From assembly GCA_963664015.2 (NCBI GenBank), contig CAXXLF010000002.1, positions 128,001-192,000 on the forward strand: 64,000 nt of DNA. Reading direction: 5' to 3'. Source of the stretch: Candidatus Binatia bacterium (GTDB lineage: Bacteria; Desulfobacterota; Binatia; UBA9968; CAXXLF01). Of this stretch, positions 43,119-54,457 are shown piece after piece; position 1 is the stretch's first letter, and each line of letters starts with the position of its first letter. The translations under genes and the position numbers were made by a program. The notes below the pieces were generated by a model, which was not told where the DNA came from, did not search any database, and was given only the letters and a program-made list of their open reading frames with translations.

Positions 43119-43847
43119 ATGAGGGAATACGTCGTAGGTGATATCCATGGTTGTCTGAACGAATTGGAATATCTCATAGGGGCCCTTCCCCTCAAGTCCG
43201 AAGACCAGCTGGTATTTCTTGGGGATTATGTGGACCGAGGGCCCGATTCAAAAGGGGTTATCTCTTACCTGATTGAGCTACGCTCCAAGGCAAAGTTCGA
43301 ACTCGTGTTGTTGAAGGGCAACCACGAAGATATGCTGCTATCCTATATCGGGGTACAGGGGAACCATGGAGACGTATTTCTAGTCAATGGTGGATCGGCG
43401 ACTCTCGCGAGTTATGGGGTCAGTGAAAAAGGCGCTGGGGGGGATCTCTTCCGCTCAAAAATTCCCCTGGATCATCTTGATTTCTTCAAGGGTTTAAAGA
43501 GCTACCACATCATGGACTCTTACCTCTGTGTCCACGCGGGGATCAATCCGGTAAAGCCTCTGGGGGAGCAAAATGACGATGAAATGCTCTGGATTCGCCA
43601 CGACTTTATTAGCGCGGGGCACAGTCTTCCTTATACTGTGCTATTCGGCCATACTTCTTTTGATTCAGTCCTTTTCGACCTTCCTTTTAAGGTTGGTTTG
43701 GATACCGGGCTGGTTTACGGCAATACCTTGAGTTGTCTCGAGGTCTCGGAAAAACTCTTATTTCAGATCAAGAGAGGCAGCAAGCAGGTAAGCCAACTTG
43801 CGGTGAAGAGTCACTGGGGCCCAAAAGAGAGCACCCGTCCCGGTTGA
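43119..43847 (+). CDS. Ser/Thr protein phosphatase-family metallophosphoesterase
   Basis: GDIHG, GDYVDRG, GNHE, HAG, GHT and DTG motifs. Confidence 0.95.
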   Translation: MREYVVGDIHGCLNELEYLIGALPLKSEDQLVFLGDYVDRGPDSKGVISYLIELRSKAKFELVLLKGNHEDMLLSYIGVQGNHGDVFLVNGGSATLASYGVSEKGAGGDLFRSKIPLDHLDFFKGLKSYHIMDSYLCVHAGINPVKPLGEQNDDEMLWIRHDFISAGHSLPYTVLFGHTSFDSVLFDLPFKVGLDTGLVYGNTLSCLEVSEKLLFQIKRGSKQVSQLAVKSHWGPKESTRPG

Positions 43848-43955
43848 TTCTTAAATCCTGTGTGATCCTTTTTTCTCTCCAAGGGATTCTTTACTTCACT
43901 AGAGATCCCGATAGTACAGAGAATTCATGACTCAGATATGCGGTGGAGGAATTTT

Positions 43956-45071
43956 ATGATTTTTGACTCTGATGCCCATGTAGAAGAAAATGCAGAGACC
44001 TTTGAGTCACTGGCACAAAGCGAGAAGTTTATCAAATCCATGCCACGGATCAGTGAAGGATCGGGGCGAGCATTCTGGTTAATCGAAGGGAAGGTCTTCC
44101 CCAAGCTCACCGTTAAGGGAGTGTTCACTTTCGGCACCCCTCACGGTCCGTCCGAGGGAAATCAGGCGGACAAAGCGAGAAGAACCTCACGGGGAAGCCA
44201 AGAATTAACCGACCCGGTGGCGCGGCTCGGGACTATGGATGAGGAAGGTATAAACGTTTCGGTCATCTTTCCAACCCTCTTCCTTACCTACCCGGTAGGT
44301 GAGAATCGTGCATTCCGTCACGCTCTATGTCGAAATTACAATACCTGGATGGCTCGACAGTGTCAGGCAAGTGGCGGCAGGCTCCGATGGGTTGCGGCCC
44401 TACCACTGCCCGATATTGAAGCGAGCGTTGAGGAAATTGACCATGCGAAGTAGCTCGGGGCAAGCGGCCTGCTTACCCTTGGGACTGCGGGAGACTTGCT
44501 CCTCGACGATCAGAGCTTGGATCCTTTTTATGCCGCCGCTGAACGGAAGAATCTTTCAGTTTGCGTCCACGTGGGTTGGGCGTATCCACCACTAACGGCC
44601 CTGTACGACAACGTCTTTCTCTCCCAATCTTCGGCCTTTGTTCTGCCGATTTTTATGGCCTTTGTCAGTATCATGGCCGGTGGCGTACTCGATCGCTTCC
44701 CCAGACTTAAGGTCGGCTTTTTCGAGGCGGGAGTCGAGTGGGTCCCATACTGGATTGACAAGATCGAGAGACTCCATCGCCAGCCTCCGGGAGGATTGGC
44801 GAATCGGGACCTGCCCGGTAAATACGCCCAGGAGTACGTTCAAGAGGGCCGCGTCTATTTTAGCTGCGAGCTGGACGAAAAACGGATCGCCGAGGTTGCT
44901 AGGGATATAGGTGACGAGTGCATCCTCTATGCGTCAGACATCCCCCACACGCACCGGGTCTTTGACGCCGTTGGCCTCTTCCGCAAGCGTACGGAAATTG
45001 CTGAGTCCACTAAGGAGAGAATCTTGGGAAAGAATGGGGCGAGATTCCTTGCCGAAGACGAGGCCCACTAA
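43956..45071 (+). pseudogene. Amidohydrolase_2 family protein interrupted by one in-frame TAG (44451-44453)
   Basis: DSDAHVEE, CRNYNTW, VHVG, FPRLKVGFFEAG..W.P and YASDIPH all lie in one frame. Confidence 0.85.
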
Positions 45072-45074
45072 TCC

Positions 45075-45512
45075 TCAATCACCATGAGAGCCGGACGTTT
45101 TAATCAGCTCACCTTGGGCTAACTTTTCCACAAGGGCACCATCCCCATCCAAAAACTCCAAATTGCGTAGCTCGGGCGGCTCGACCCAACAGATGGCGTG
45201 GAAGGCCAGGTTGGCGGGTGTCCCTTGGTAGCGGTCCACCCGGTAAAATCTAACGAATACATCTAAGCCATTGGGATAAAGATGCCGTTGGCAGAAGACC
45301 TCAGTCGCTGAAAGAACGTTGATCCCTAACTCCTCATTCATCTCCCGCTGTAATGCGATTTCAGGTTGTTCACCTGCTTCCACCTTCCCTCCTGCAAACT
45401 CCCACTTTAGAGGGAAATTGCCGTCCTCCTTCTTTCTCTGGCAGACCAGCAGCCTTCCATCGTGATGAAGAATACCAGCCACCACCTGTAAGGGACTCTC
45501 CAGATTGGTCAC
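45075..45512 (-). CDS. MutT/NudG-like NUDIX hydrolase
   Basis: WEF.GGKVEAGE....AL.REM.EELG Nudix box. Confidence 0.92.
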   Translation of the reverse strand: MTNLESPLQVVAGILHHDGRLLVCQRKKEDGNFPLKWEFAGGKVEAGEQPEIALQREMNEELGINVLSATEVFCQRHLYPNGLDVFVRFYRVDRYQGTPANLAFHAICWVEPPELRNLEFLDGDGALVEKLAQGELIKTSGSHGD

Positions 45513-45576
45513 GAATCGGATCTCCTTGTCGCTTGAATTCGAAATTACCCCCCCCAGCATTCTTAACGACGAAATC

Positions 45577-46425
45577 TCATAAGTTTTGCGAAGCGAGAAA
45601 TGCGCGGATCGCTTCACTCCAGCCCTCGGGCCCGATCTTGTCAGTCCTCTGAACAGTTGGGTACTCCCTCAGTAGGGTAGCATCCCACGTACCGTCCGGA
45701 TTTTTGACGACCACCGGGTAGTCTACATGGCTTAATAAGGAAATGTCGTTGCTCGAATTCCCCAAACCCAGGCTCAGTACGGTTGAACCGGTTTTACGGT
45801 ATAAATCCAGCAGGAGGTGTACCGCCCTACCCTTATCATGGCCCCCGGTGAGGTGGGCGAAACGGTCGCCCATGGTCACCTGATACCCTTGACTGCGTAG
45901 CCGAGCAAACAGCCCTTCACAGTCACCGGCCTCGACCACAAATGGCTCGTCGTATTCCCGGGCTGCCGCCAGTCGCGCTTCGGCTTTGCCCAGCCCCGTC
46001 AAGTGCCCGATTTCCTCCAAACTCATCGAACCGAAGGGTTTAATCCGGACCTGAGATTCACAGGCTGCGTTTTTCAGTGATATTCGTAATTGGGAAATGT
46101 TGCTTCCCAAAGAGATGACCTCCAATGAGTTGGTTTCTCTCGTCTCTTCAATGGCGAAGGGAAAATAGTCCTTGGAAAAGCATAGGGCACCGCCGTTTTC
46201 TATAATGAACGGGTCCGCGAGACCCAACTCCCGCCACAGAACAATCATTTCGCTTCGGGTTTGACTAGAACAAAGAATAAGCGGAATGTTCAGGACTTTG
46301 AGTCGCTCTATCGCACCTCGACTGGCTTCATAGCTGTAGGTTTGCTGATCCAGGAGGGTCCCGTCCAGATCAGTGATGACTATAATTTTCGTGGATCGGG
46401 CGGACCCGGTTGAAGTCCCAGTCAA
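45577..46425 (-). CDS. gpgP: Glucosyl/mannosyl-3-phosphoglycerate phosphatase (HAD IIB)
   Basis: TDLDGTLLD, PFI.ENG, REY.EPF, DKG.AV and GLGNS.ND motifs; overlaps the gpgS stop. Confidence 0.88.
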   Translation of the reverse strand: MTGTSTGSARSTKIIVITDLDGTLLDQQTYSYEASRGAIERLKVLNIPLILCSSQTRSEMIVLWRELGLADPFIIENGGALCFSKDYFPFAIEETRETNSLEVISLGSNISQLRISLKNAACESQVRIKPFGSMSLEEIGHLTGLGKAEARLAAAREYDEPFVVEAGDCEGLFARLRSQGYQVTMGDRFAHLTGGHDKGRAVHLLLDLYRKTGSTVLSLGLGNSSNDISLLSHVDYPVVVKNPDGTWDATLLREYPTVQRTDKIGPEGWSEAIRAFLASQNL

Positions 46426-48275
46426 GATACCGTTGCACTTTCAGAATCCAGGGGAGTTTTATGGGCTGCCTGATATTCCGGAAGGGTCACTATGGGAGGA
46501 CGTTCCAGGTCTCGTATCTCCCTTACCTCCAAGGAATAAGCCTTACGATTTGCTTTGACAAGCTTCATACTACGACTCACCTCCTCAATAAGTTCGATCC
46601 TATTTGTCTCCTGTAGCCTTTGAAGAAAGACCTGGATTAGGGCGAAGGACATCTGACTCAAGGCCGGCAGAGCCTGGTTCCGGTGAATTCGCTCTCCCAA
46701 GTCCACCTGGGCGATGCCGCGCTGGCCGAGTAAATTGTAGATGTCGATGAGGAGACCCGTCTCCACACCGTATCCAGTAAAGAACGGAACCCGTTCCAGA
46801 ATCTCTCGCCTCCCTCCGTATTCACCGGCCAGGGGTTGGACAATGCCAGAAAGCTCCGGATAAAAAAGGTTCAAGAAGGGGCGCGCCGTAAGTTCAGTAA
46901 CTCTGCCGCCGCCACTCGCCGAGATATTTCCTCCAACCCGAATGGGCCGCCGGTAAAATCCTTTGATGTATTGAATCTTTGGTTCTTTTAGTAGCGGTCC
47001 TACGAGACCGTAAACGAAGCCTGGATGAATATTTTTTATATCCGTATCGATCCAGACGATCAGATCTCCCTTTAGCACATGAAGACTCTTCCATAGAGCT
47101 TCCCCTTTCCCTCGATAGGAGCCATATTCGGGAAGGACCTCTGTATGCTTGAAGACCGGGATGCCCTCATCGGTTGCTATTTTAACCGTGTCGTCGGTCG
47201 AGTTCGAATCGATAAGAACGATCTCGTCCAAAAGGGGAAAATCGTCCATCAAACGGGACTTGATGGTGCGGATAATATTCCCGACGGTCTCTTCTTCGTT
47301 CAAGGCGGGCAACCCGAGACTAACAGTTAGCCCCTGTTTCTGTTTCAACTCTACCAGCTTCGAGATGCCGGCAAACTCCCGTGCACGGAATGAATTCTCA
47401 GCAAACCATTGATCTACTCTTTCGGACAGGGGTTTTTGAGGATCTGGCGGATGTTGCTTCCATGGCTGTAAGGACCGTGGGGTCTTGACGACGATTAGGG
47501 GCTTTTGCATCTGCTGTGCGACATGTTCGACCACCGTCCCCAGGAAAAATGCCTGAGGATCCATTTGTGCTCCGGCACCGAGAATTACCAGATCGTGGCG
47601 ATCGGCTTCCTCCATAATGGCCGCCTCGGGATCAGCCTGCACAGCTAAAAATCGTTTGATTTGTGGATGGAAACGCAGGCTGCTCAGAAAGTCCAGATAG
47701 GGTCGATCTTGGTACCTCGACTCACCTCCAGGCGGTTCACAGTGAAGCAATGTGAATTTTCCGTTGAGGACCCGAGCCAATTGGCTGGTTACCTCCAGTG
47801 CAAACTCCGCATGAGGCCCGCCCCGAACCGGAAGAAGAATGCTTCGGCAATTGAAGATATCGGGGGTGCGCACCACCAGGATCTTGCACGGGGGATGATC
47901 CAATAGCTTATCGATGGTGACCCCGAAAAGTTGTTCCTGGGATGAGGCGTATCCCTTCCAGAAAAGTAAAAGAAGATCACACCCTTCGCTCTGTACGGTT
48001 TCGACGATCCCTTCGGACACCTTTCGGGAGACACGAACAAGAGTCCGGAGTTCAATTCTTTCCTCGGGAAACTGCTCCTTTAGCTTATCCAGTGCCGCTC
48101 GATCGGTTGGGGCCTTTTCCGCCCCTTCGCTGAGGGAGTCCTCTTCGGGAACACAGACAACTTTTAAGCCTACGACCTTGCCGGTCGGAGGAAGCAAGGC
48201 AGCGGCAAGTTTCAAGGAGGACCCGGCCTGAGCGGGATCTAGGATCGGAATGAGAATCTTTTGTGCGACGGCCAT
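46422..48275 (-). CDS. gpgS: Glucosyl-3-phosphoglycerate synthase with two N-terminal universal-stress (USP) domains
   Basis: C-terminal LPALNEE.TVG, DS.STD, GKGEALW, DTD, GGRVTEL.ARP, QPLAGEY and GYGVE motifs. N-terminal KILIP.. and ILLPVRGGPHA..DLVILGA USP repeats. Confidence 0.9.
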   Translation of the reverse strand: MAVAQKILIPILDPAQAGSSLKLAAALLPPTGKVVGLKVVCVPEEDSLSEGAEKAPTDRAALDKLKEQFPEERIELRTLVRVSRKVSEGIVETVQSEGCDLLLLFWKGYASSQEQLFGVTIDKLLDHPPCKILVVRTPDIFNCRSILLPVRGGPHAEFALEVTSQLARVLNGKFTLLHCEPPGGESRYQDRPYLDFLSSLRFHPQIKRFLAVQADPEAAIMEEADRHDLVILGAGAQMDPQAFFLGTVVEHVAQQMQKPLIVVKTPRSLQPWKQHPPDPQKPLSERVDQWFAENSFRAREFAGISKLVELKQKQGLTVSLGLPALNEEETVGNIIRTIKSRLMDDFPLLDEIVLIDSNSTDDTVKIATDEGIPVFKHTEVLPEYGSYRGKGEALWKSLHVLKGDLIVWIDTDIKNIHPGFVYGLVGPLLKEPKIQYIKGFYRRPIRVGGNISASGGGRVTELTARPFLNLFYPELSGIVQPLAGEYGGRREILERVPFFTGYGVETGLLIDIYNLLGQRGIAQVDLGERIHRNQALPALSQMSFALIQVFLQRLQETNRIELIEEVSRSMKLVKANRKAYSLEVREIRDLERPPIVTLPEYQAAHKTPLDSESATVS

Positions 48276-48496
48276 AGCTGCTGCCAGCATAGATGCATCG
48301 TAAAGGAGTGTCAACGACTAGCTAAACTCTGCCTTCATAAATAAAATTCCGATATTGGTTATTAAAACTAGCGTTCCCTTGTTAGGTAATGGAGTTGGAA
48401 ACATTGAACCATGGCTAATGAAAGAACCACACTTTCAAAAACAATCACTAATTTTATTTAAGTGGCAATGTTGGAAGGCTCATTACCATGGGCTTG

Positions 48497-49766
48497 TCAG
48501 GAGGGAAGTTGTTTGCCAAAGCTAAAGAAACGATTGTTCATGTAAGGCTTGTTCTTCTCGAATATCTTTGCCTGCTCCTGATCCACAGATTCGACCTCAC
48601 CTGCATACATGTCCATTACTTGTTGGCAGTAGCTTTTTGTGCGTCCGAAGTGTAATGGGTAAAAATATTGACTAATGTACGTCTATTTCTTTCCCAAAGC
48701 TGATAAACACAGGCAAAATCATAAAGGATCTTGCTCCATAGATCCGTATCCAACTCCGCCTCCTCACTGTTGCTCCACTTGCGGTGAATGGTTTTTAGGC
48801 TTTCCCAGTTTTCGGCACTTAGGATCTCCTGATACATAGGCCGAAAATGATTAAAGCCATCGATAAATTCAGAATGCAGTTTGGATAGGCCCACAGAGAC
48901 AGCTATTAATTAAAGCTCCTCGTGTTTTAGGCCGTTGACGGGAACCGGTTGATGCGGATTGTCATGGCGCCACTGGTGGGCGTATCTTCCCATGAGGTAG
49001 AAGAGAGTGCTAATCAGCTGTTGGAACATAGGTCCCAAATCGGAACCTGGATCTTTAGCACCATGGATTTTCGTCCCAAGATAGGCCTGAACAACCTTAA
49101 ATCCCTCATTGATTGCTGAGGTCGTCATCCAGATGTCGATACCGAAGCGTGCGACGTCCGAGTCCCATACGTCCTCGTCCATATAGAAGGCAGCGAGCTC
49201 TGGCGAAAACCCGAAGTCACCACCGATGGGTTGCCGGATATCGACACCATATAGCGCGCGAGTCAGTTAGGATAGACGATCTGATTGGTGATAGTCCCGT
49301 CGAATTTATGCCTGCGACAATAGGGAGGGACGAAAGCGGCGGATCTGTCAAGAATCAGTTGTATCAAGGATTTTATCTACTCGGGAGTGATGCTGCTCAG
49401 GTCCGAATTCATCATAGCAGCGGCCTTCGCTTTTGAAAGGATGAGCAATTCAAACACCCCCCGTAGAGACGACCCCTTACCGGGAAGTCCCCGGTAGATC
49501 GTGACGCGCTTGAGAACCCCTTCCGGTGTGGGCGTTTCATAGACCCTCTCCCGTGTATCGTCCAGGGATCCCCCGGCACAGACAAATAAAGCACACTTCT
49601 GGTCTAGAAAATATTTCGCTAGACCGATGCCCGCCTGCTGGACCACATACTCGATACTGTCCTCGTTGTTAAAGCAAGGAATCTCTACCAGAATGTCCAC
49701 ATTGTCAATTTACCTTAACCATAGATGAACGTCCTCTCTCAGTGCCGATGAGTATTTTCTTGCCAT
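48497..49766 (-). pseudogene. Glucosylglycerate synthase (Ggs/Mgs-like glycosyltransferase) pseudogene
   Basis: IPCFNNE..I, GGS.DDT, GKGS, RHKFDGTITN, RQPIGGDFG and VARFGIDIWMT motifs, with several stops (e.g. W to TAG at 49377) and frameshifts. Confidence 0.8.
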
Positions 49767-49906
49767 TAAATTCCTCTGTTTAATAAACTATGGGCTTCGG
49801 GGGTCTTGCTTGCAGATAATAATTATATGAGAACATCTTTCCTGGTTTGTAGTAAGACCTAAGTGAAAACTATGACTCCAGATAGGAATCTGGTAAATCA
49901 ATCCCT

Positions 49907-51276
49907 ATGCGAGTGTTTATGATCGCTTCTGAGATCGCCCCATTAGCAAAGACGGGTGGTTTGGCAGATGCTGTCGCTGGACTTTCCCAAGCCCTGATAG
50001 CACTTGGGGTTAAGGTCTCTCTTGTCATGCCGGCCTACCAGGAAGGGCTTAGGGCGGGAGTCCCCTGTCAGCCAGCTGGGATTAAGATAGGAGTTGACAT
50101 GGGAGGCAAAACTAAACACGCTGGCGTTTGGGAGGCACGGCTGGGAGGGAATGTGCCAGTTTACCTAATCCGGGCGGACAATTATTTCCTAAGCGACGGG
50201 CTGTACGGTACGGGGTCCGGAGATTACCCGGATAATGCCGAACGGTTTATCTTTTTCAGTAAGGTCGCACACCAATTAGCGAGCAGGACGGGCCCCTGGG
50301 ACATCCTCCACTGCAACGACTGGCAGAGTGCTCTCGTGGCTGTTTAGCATAAACTAAACTCAGACCAGGACCAAGTACGCAAGGTTCTCCTCACTATCCA
50401 CAACCCAGCTTATCAAGGATCCTTCCCCGACAGCGATTGGAAGCTACTGGATTTGGAAGGCCGTTACTTCGATCCTAAATACCTGGAGTTTCTCGGCAGA
50501 ATCAATCTCCTCAAAGGCGGTATGCTCTTTGCAGACGGTTTGAGTACCGTGAGCAGGAGATACGCCGAGGAGATTCGGACGGCCGAATTTGCCTGTAGAT
50601 TGGAAGGTGTTCTTCAGACTCGGGAAAAGAACTTTTATGGCATCTTGAACGGCGCCGATTACACCCAATGGAATCCCCAGAGCGATCCGTATATTGTAGA
50701 GAATCACGGTCCCGACAATCTGGCGGAGAAAAAGAAATGCAAAAGGGATTTACAAGAGCTATTTGAACTACCCCAGGAACCCTCGACCCCGCTCGTAGGG
50801 ATGGTCGCCCGGCTCGATAAGCAGAAGGGGATCGACATTCTTCTCGATGTCCTGGACAAGATCGTAGATTTGGATATGCAACTGGTTCTCCTTGGGACCG
50901 GTGCGGCGGGCTATGAGAAAGCTCTTGCCGCCTTCAACGGCCGTGGCAAGAGAATTGGGGTCAAGATCGCGTTTGACAATAGCCTAGCCCATAAAATAGA
51001 AGCTAGTGCGGACATGTTCCTTATGCACTCTCTGTATGAACCCTATGGATTCAATCAGATCTACAGCCTCAAATACCGGACTATCCCGATTGTGCGGGCT
51101 CTGCCTTGCTGGATACGATCTAGAGAGCCCATACGGTCTACAGCAATCAACCGTCATGGGAGAAATTGGTGAGACGTGCCATGGCCTGTGACTTTTCTTG
51201 GAGCGATTCGGCCCGTGAGTACTTAAGTCTTTACCGTACTGTCTTGGGTAGTGGAAATGGTGAGCCCATTAGTTGA
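49907..51276 (+). pseudogene. glgA: Glycogen synthase pseudogene
   Basis: AKTGGLAD, DNAERF, HCNDWQ, TIHN.AYQG and RL..QKG motifs. In-frame TAG at 50345-50347, a degenerate PSxxEPCG motif, and a deletion/frameshift near 51100. Confidence 0.88.
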
Positions 51277-51330
51277 TCCGTTTTATCTGTAATGGGAAAC
51301 ATGCTTGGAGAGTTCTTTTACCGTGACAAA

Positions 51331-52663
51331 TCAGCCTACCAATATAAGCCTCAGATCCATGACGTTGGTATAGGTCGGGTCTGTGAGTAGGAGGTCCCCA
51401 AGGCTTTGGAAAAAGTGATATGAATCATTCTGCTTGAGATAGTGGTCGGCGTCCAGGCGGGAGTCTTGCGCCCTTTGAATAGTTGAACCGTCAACTATCG
51501 CGCCGGCAGCATCGGTTGGACCGTCGGTCCCATCGGTCCCCCCACTCAAAAGGGCCACGGCGTTCAGACCCGCGATATCGATAGCTGCTGCCAACGCAAA
51601 CTCCTGATTTCGGCCCCCGACCCCTCCCCTTTAATCGTAACGGTGGTTTCGTCTCCAGAGATCACGCAGGCGGGTCTTGGAATTGGGTTGCCCGATGTCA
51701 GGATCTCTCTCGCGATGGCGGCATACACCCTGGCGACCTCTCGGGTTTCGCCTTGCACGGAACTGGACAGTATCAGAGTGTGGTAACCCAACTCCTCACC
51801 CTTGGCCCTTGCTGCGTCGAGTGCTATGAGGTTGCTTCCGATAATAACATTATGGGTTTGGCTAAATAATAGAGGATTCTCCGGCTCTTGTGTGGAGACC
51901 TGCTCTTCCCGGGCCTTCTTCTCCAAGAAGCTCAAGATGTTTTATGGTGTCTTTTTTTTCAGCTGGTATTTTTCCAGTATTTTCAGGCAATGGATAAAAC
52001 GGCTGGTATCGGGTACCGTTGGCCCGGATGCAATGGTCCCCATGTGGTCATCTACAACGTCGTACAGGATCAATGAGATCACAGGGGCAGGATAGGCGAT
52101 TTGCACCAAGCGGCCCCCTTTCAGTTGTGATAGATGTTTTCTCAAGCTATTCAGTTCATGGACGGAGGCACCGCATTTCAGAAGCAGTCCTGTGAGTGTT
52201 TGCTTGTCCTCCAGAGTCAGTCACTCAGCAGGACACGACATCAATGCAGATCCACCTCCGGAAATCAGGCAAAAGACCAGGTCATTTCCTGAAGCCCGTT
52301 CCAAGAGGTCCACGATTTGCGCCGTCCCCCGAACCCCCGCATCGTCCGGTACCGGATGGCCTGCTTAATTGATCTGGATCGTTTTCAGAGGTAAGCTATG
52401 CCCGTATTTGACATTAACGACACCGGATGTCACCTTGGCACCAAGGATGTCTTCGATCACTTGAGCCATCTTGGCGCAGGCTTTCCCCGCACCCACCACC
52501 ACAATTCGCTCATAACGCGAAAGATCATAAATCCGCCCCTGGACATTCAACCGGTTCCCTGAAGGCTGACGACTTTTTTTGTAGCAGCGAATGGATCTAC
52601 CGCATGGACGGCATTGTGAAAGATGGTCACTGCATGGGCGCGTAACTCTGCCAGGTTATTCAT
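51331..52663 (-). pseudogene. Glycerate 2-kinase (MOFRL/TtuD family) pseudogene
   Basis: GAGKA, AGHPVPD, LISGGGSAL, IASGPT, GE.REV and GTDGTDGP.DAAGA motifs, with in-frame TAA and TGA and frameshifts. Confidence 0.88.
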
Positions 52664-52834
52664 TGAGTTCAATTCGATGGTGGTATTTCTGACCCTCTTA
52701 AGATTATCCAATGTGGTTGCCAAGGGCAACCCGATCGGGTGTCTTTTTGAATTTGCGCGAGGTATATTTTTGTTATAGCTAAGAGCTTCAGAGACATGAC
52801 ATCGTTCGTCATCGCACCTTCATAAGGAAGAAAG

Positions 52835-54457
52835 ATGAACACACTGGATTGGGGAGTTATTACCGCTTATAGCATATTGATAATCGGGGTGGGTGCTGTT
52901 CTGGGAAGTTCCCAGAAGACAATTAGTGATTACTATCTCGGTGGCAGAACTATCCGTTGGTGGCAGTCGGGACTGTCGACCATGGCGACTCAACTGGGAG
53001 CTGTGAGCTTTGTATCGGCTCCGGCGTTTGTCGTCCTTAAAGAGGGGGGTGGGTTGAAGTGGATTGCATACGAATTCGCTGTCCCCCTGGCCCTTTTACT
53101 GGTCATGATCGTGATCCTTCCCACCTTTCACCGCCGCGGTGTCATTAGTATTTACGAGTACCTTGAGGATCGTTTCGATCAAGGGACGCGGACGCTGGTG
53201 AGCCTTCTCTTCCAGATTGGCAGGGGGCTGGCAACGGCAGTCGCTCTGCTCGCCGGTGGCCTTATCCTTTCGACCGCCCTTGGAATCTCGACGGTTACTG
53301 CCATCATTGCCATCAGCCTCATTACCATAGTCTACGACGTATTGGGTGGAATCAGGGTTGTGATCATCAGCGACGTCATCCAAATGGTCATTATCCTTGC
53401 CGGCGTTCTGGTTTGCGGTGGGGTTGCCCTCTCCATCGTCGGATGGGATAGCGCGTGGTCGGTTCTAGATCCGCAGCGGCTCAAAATACTAGATTTTGAT
53501 CACTGGGGCTCGGATGCGGACGGAACCTATGCTTTTTGGCCAATGGTTATCGGGGGCTTTTTTCTCTACGCGTCGTATTACGGCTGTGACCAGAGTCAGG
53601 TCCAAAGGGAATTGACCGTAGGGAAAATCGATGACGTAAAAAAGTCCCTTTTGCTCAACGCCTTTGGACGGTTTCCCATGGTCTTACTCTACTGTTTAAT
53701 GGGGGTGTTTGTGGGCGCGGTTGTTGCGACTCCTGAATTTTTAGAGCGGGCCGCTCAGATTGTGGGATCGCCCGCTCAGACTGTTGCGCAAACACTACAG
53801 CGAGACCCCGATCGCATGGTCCCTCTTTTTATCCTGGCCTACCTTCCCCATGGGGTGATCGGTTTTATCTTTGTCGCCATTCTCTCCGCGCTCATGTCCA
53901 GTCTCGATTCAGCGTTAAACTCGATGAGTGCGGTAACGATGCGCGATTTTTACCAACGTCGCTGGGTAAAAAATGCCGACGATAGACATTATTTGCTAGT
54001 ATCCAAGGGGATCACGCTGTTCTGGGGTGTTTTCTGCGTTGGTTTTGCCTTACTATTTGCCAGTACCCCCGAGGCGACTCGGCAGACGACGATCGTCCTG
54101 ATCAATGTCATCGGTAGTTTTCTTTACGGCCCCATCCTTGCCGCATTTCTCGTGGGAATGACCACCCATTGGGTGGGTCCGCGGGCAATCAAAGCCGGGA
54201 TTCTAGCAGGAGTCGTCCTCAACCTCTGCTTGTGGCAGTTCACTACAATTTCCTGGGTCTGGTGGAATATGACAGGATTTCTTGTCGCTGTGGCAGTTGC
54301 GGGTTTGATAGGGTTGTGGGATCAGGCGTCCCCAAAACCCGTCCAAGAAGCATCATTAGAACCCAGCAGTATCAACTGGTCAATCGTCTACGTCCTGGTC
54401 GGGGCCTATTTCCTTCTGATCGTAGCTTTTGCGCGGTTTATTGAACGGTCGGGTTAG
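52835..54457 (+). CDS. Sodium:solute symporter (SSS family)
   Basis: DYYLGGR, SIYEYLE.RF, GG...VI..D..Q, DQSQVQR and A.MSSLDS.LNS motifs. Confidence 0.95.
   Translation: MNTLDWGVITAYSILIIGVGAVLGSSQKTISDYYLGGRTIRWWQSGLSTMATQLGAVSFVSAPAFVVLKEGGGLKWIAYEFAVPLALLLVMIVILPTFHRRGVISIYEYLEDRFDQGTRTLVSLLFQIGRGLATAVALLAGGLILSTALGISTVTAIIAISLITIVYDVLGGIRVVIISDVIQMVIILAGVLVCGGVALSIVGWDSAWSVLDPQRLKILDFDHWGSDADGTYAFWPMVIGGFFLYASYYGCDQSQVQRELTVGKIDDVKKSLLLNAFGRFPMVLLYCLMGVFVGAVVATPEFLERAAQIVGSPAQTVAQTLQRDPDRMVPLFILAYLPHGVIGFIFVAILSALMSSLDSALNSMSAVTMRDFYQRRWVKNADDRHYLLVSKGITLFWGVFCVGFALLFASTPEATRQTTIVLINVIGSFLYGPILAAFLVGMTTHWVGPRAIKAGILAGVVLNLCLWQFTTISWVWWNMTGFLVAVAVAGLIGLWDQASPKPVQEASLEPSSINWSIVYVLVGAYFLLIVAFARFIERSG

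Noticed and set aside
43956-52663. Amber recoding (pyrrolysine or alternative code) suggested by in-frame TAGs in the amidohydrolase, glgA and Ggs-like genes
   Set aside because: The TAGs replace different residues (Y, W and probably a charged or polar one). TAA, TGA and frameshifts occur in the same block, and TAG ends intact genes such as nuoB.
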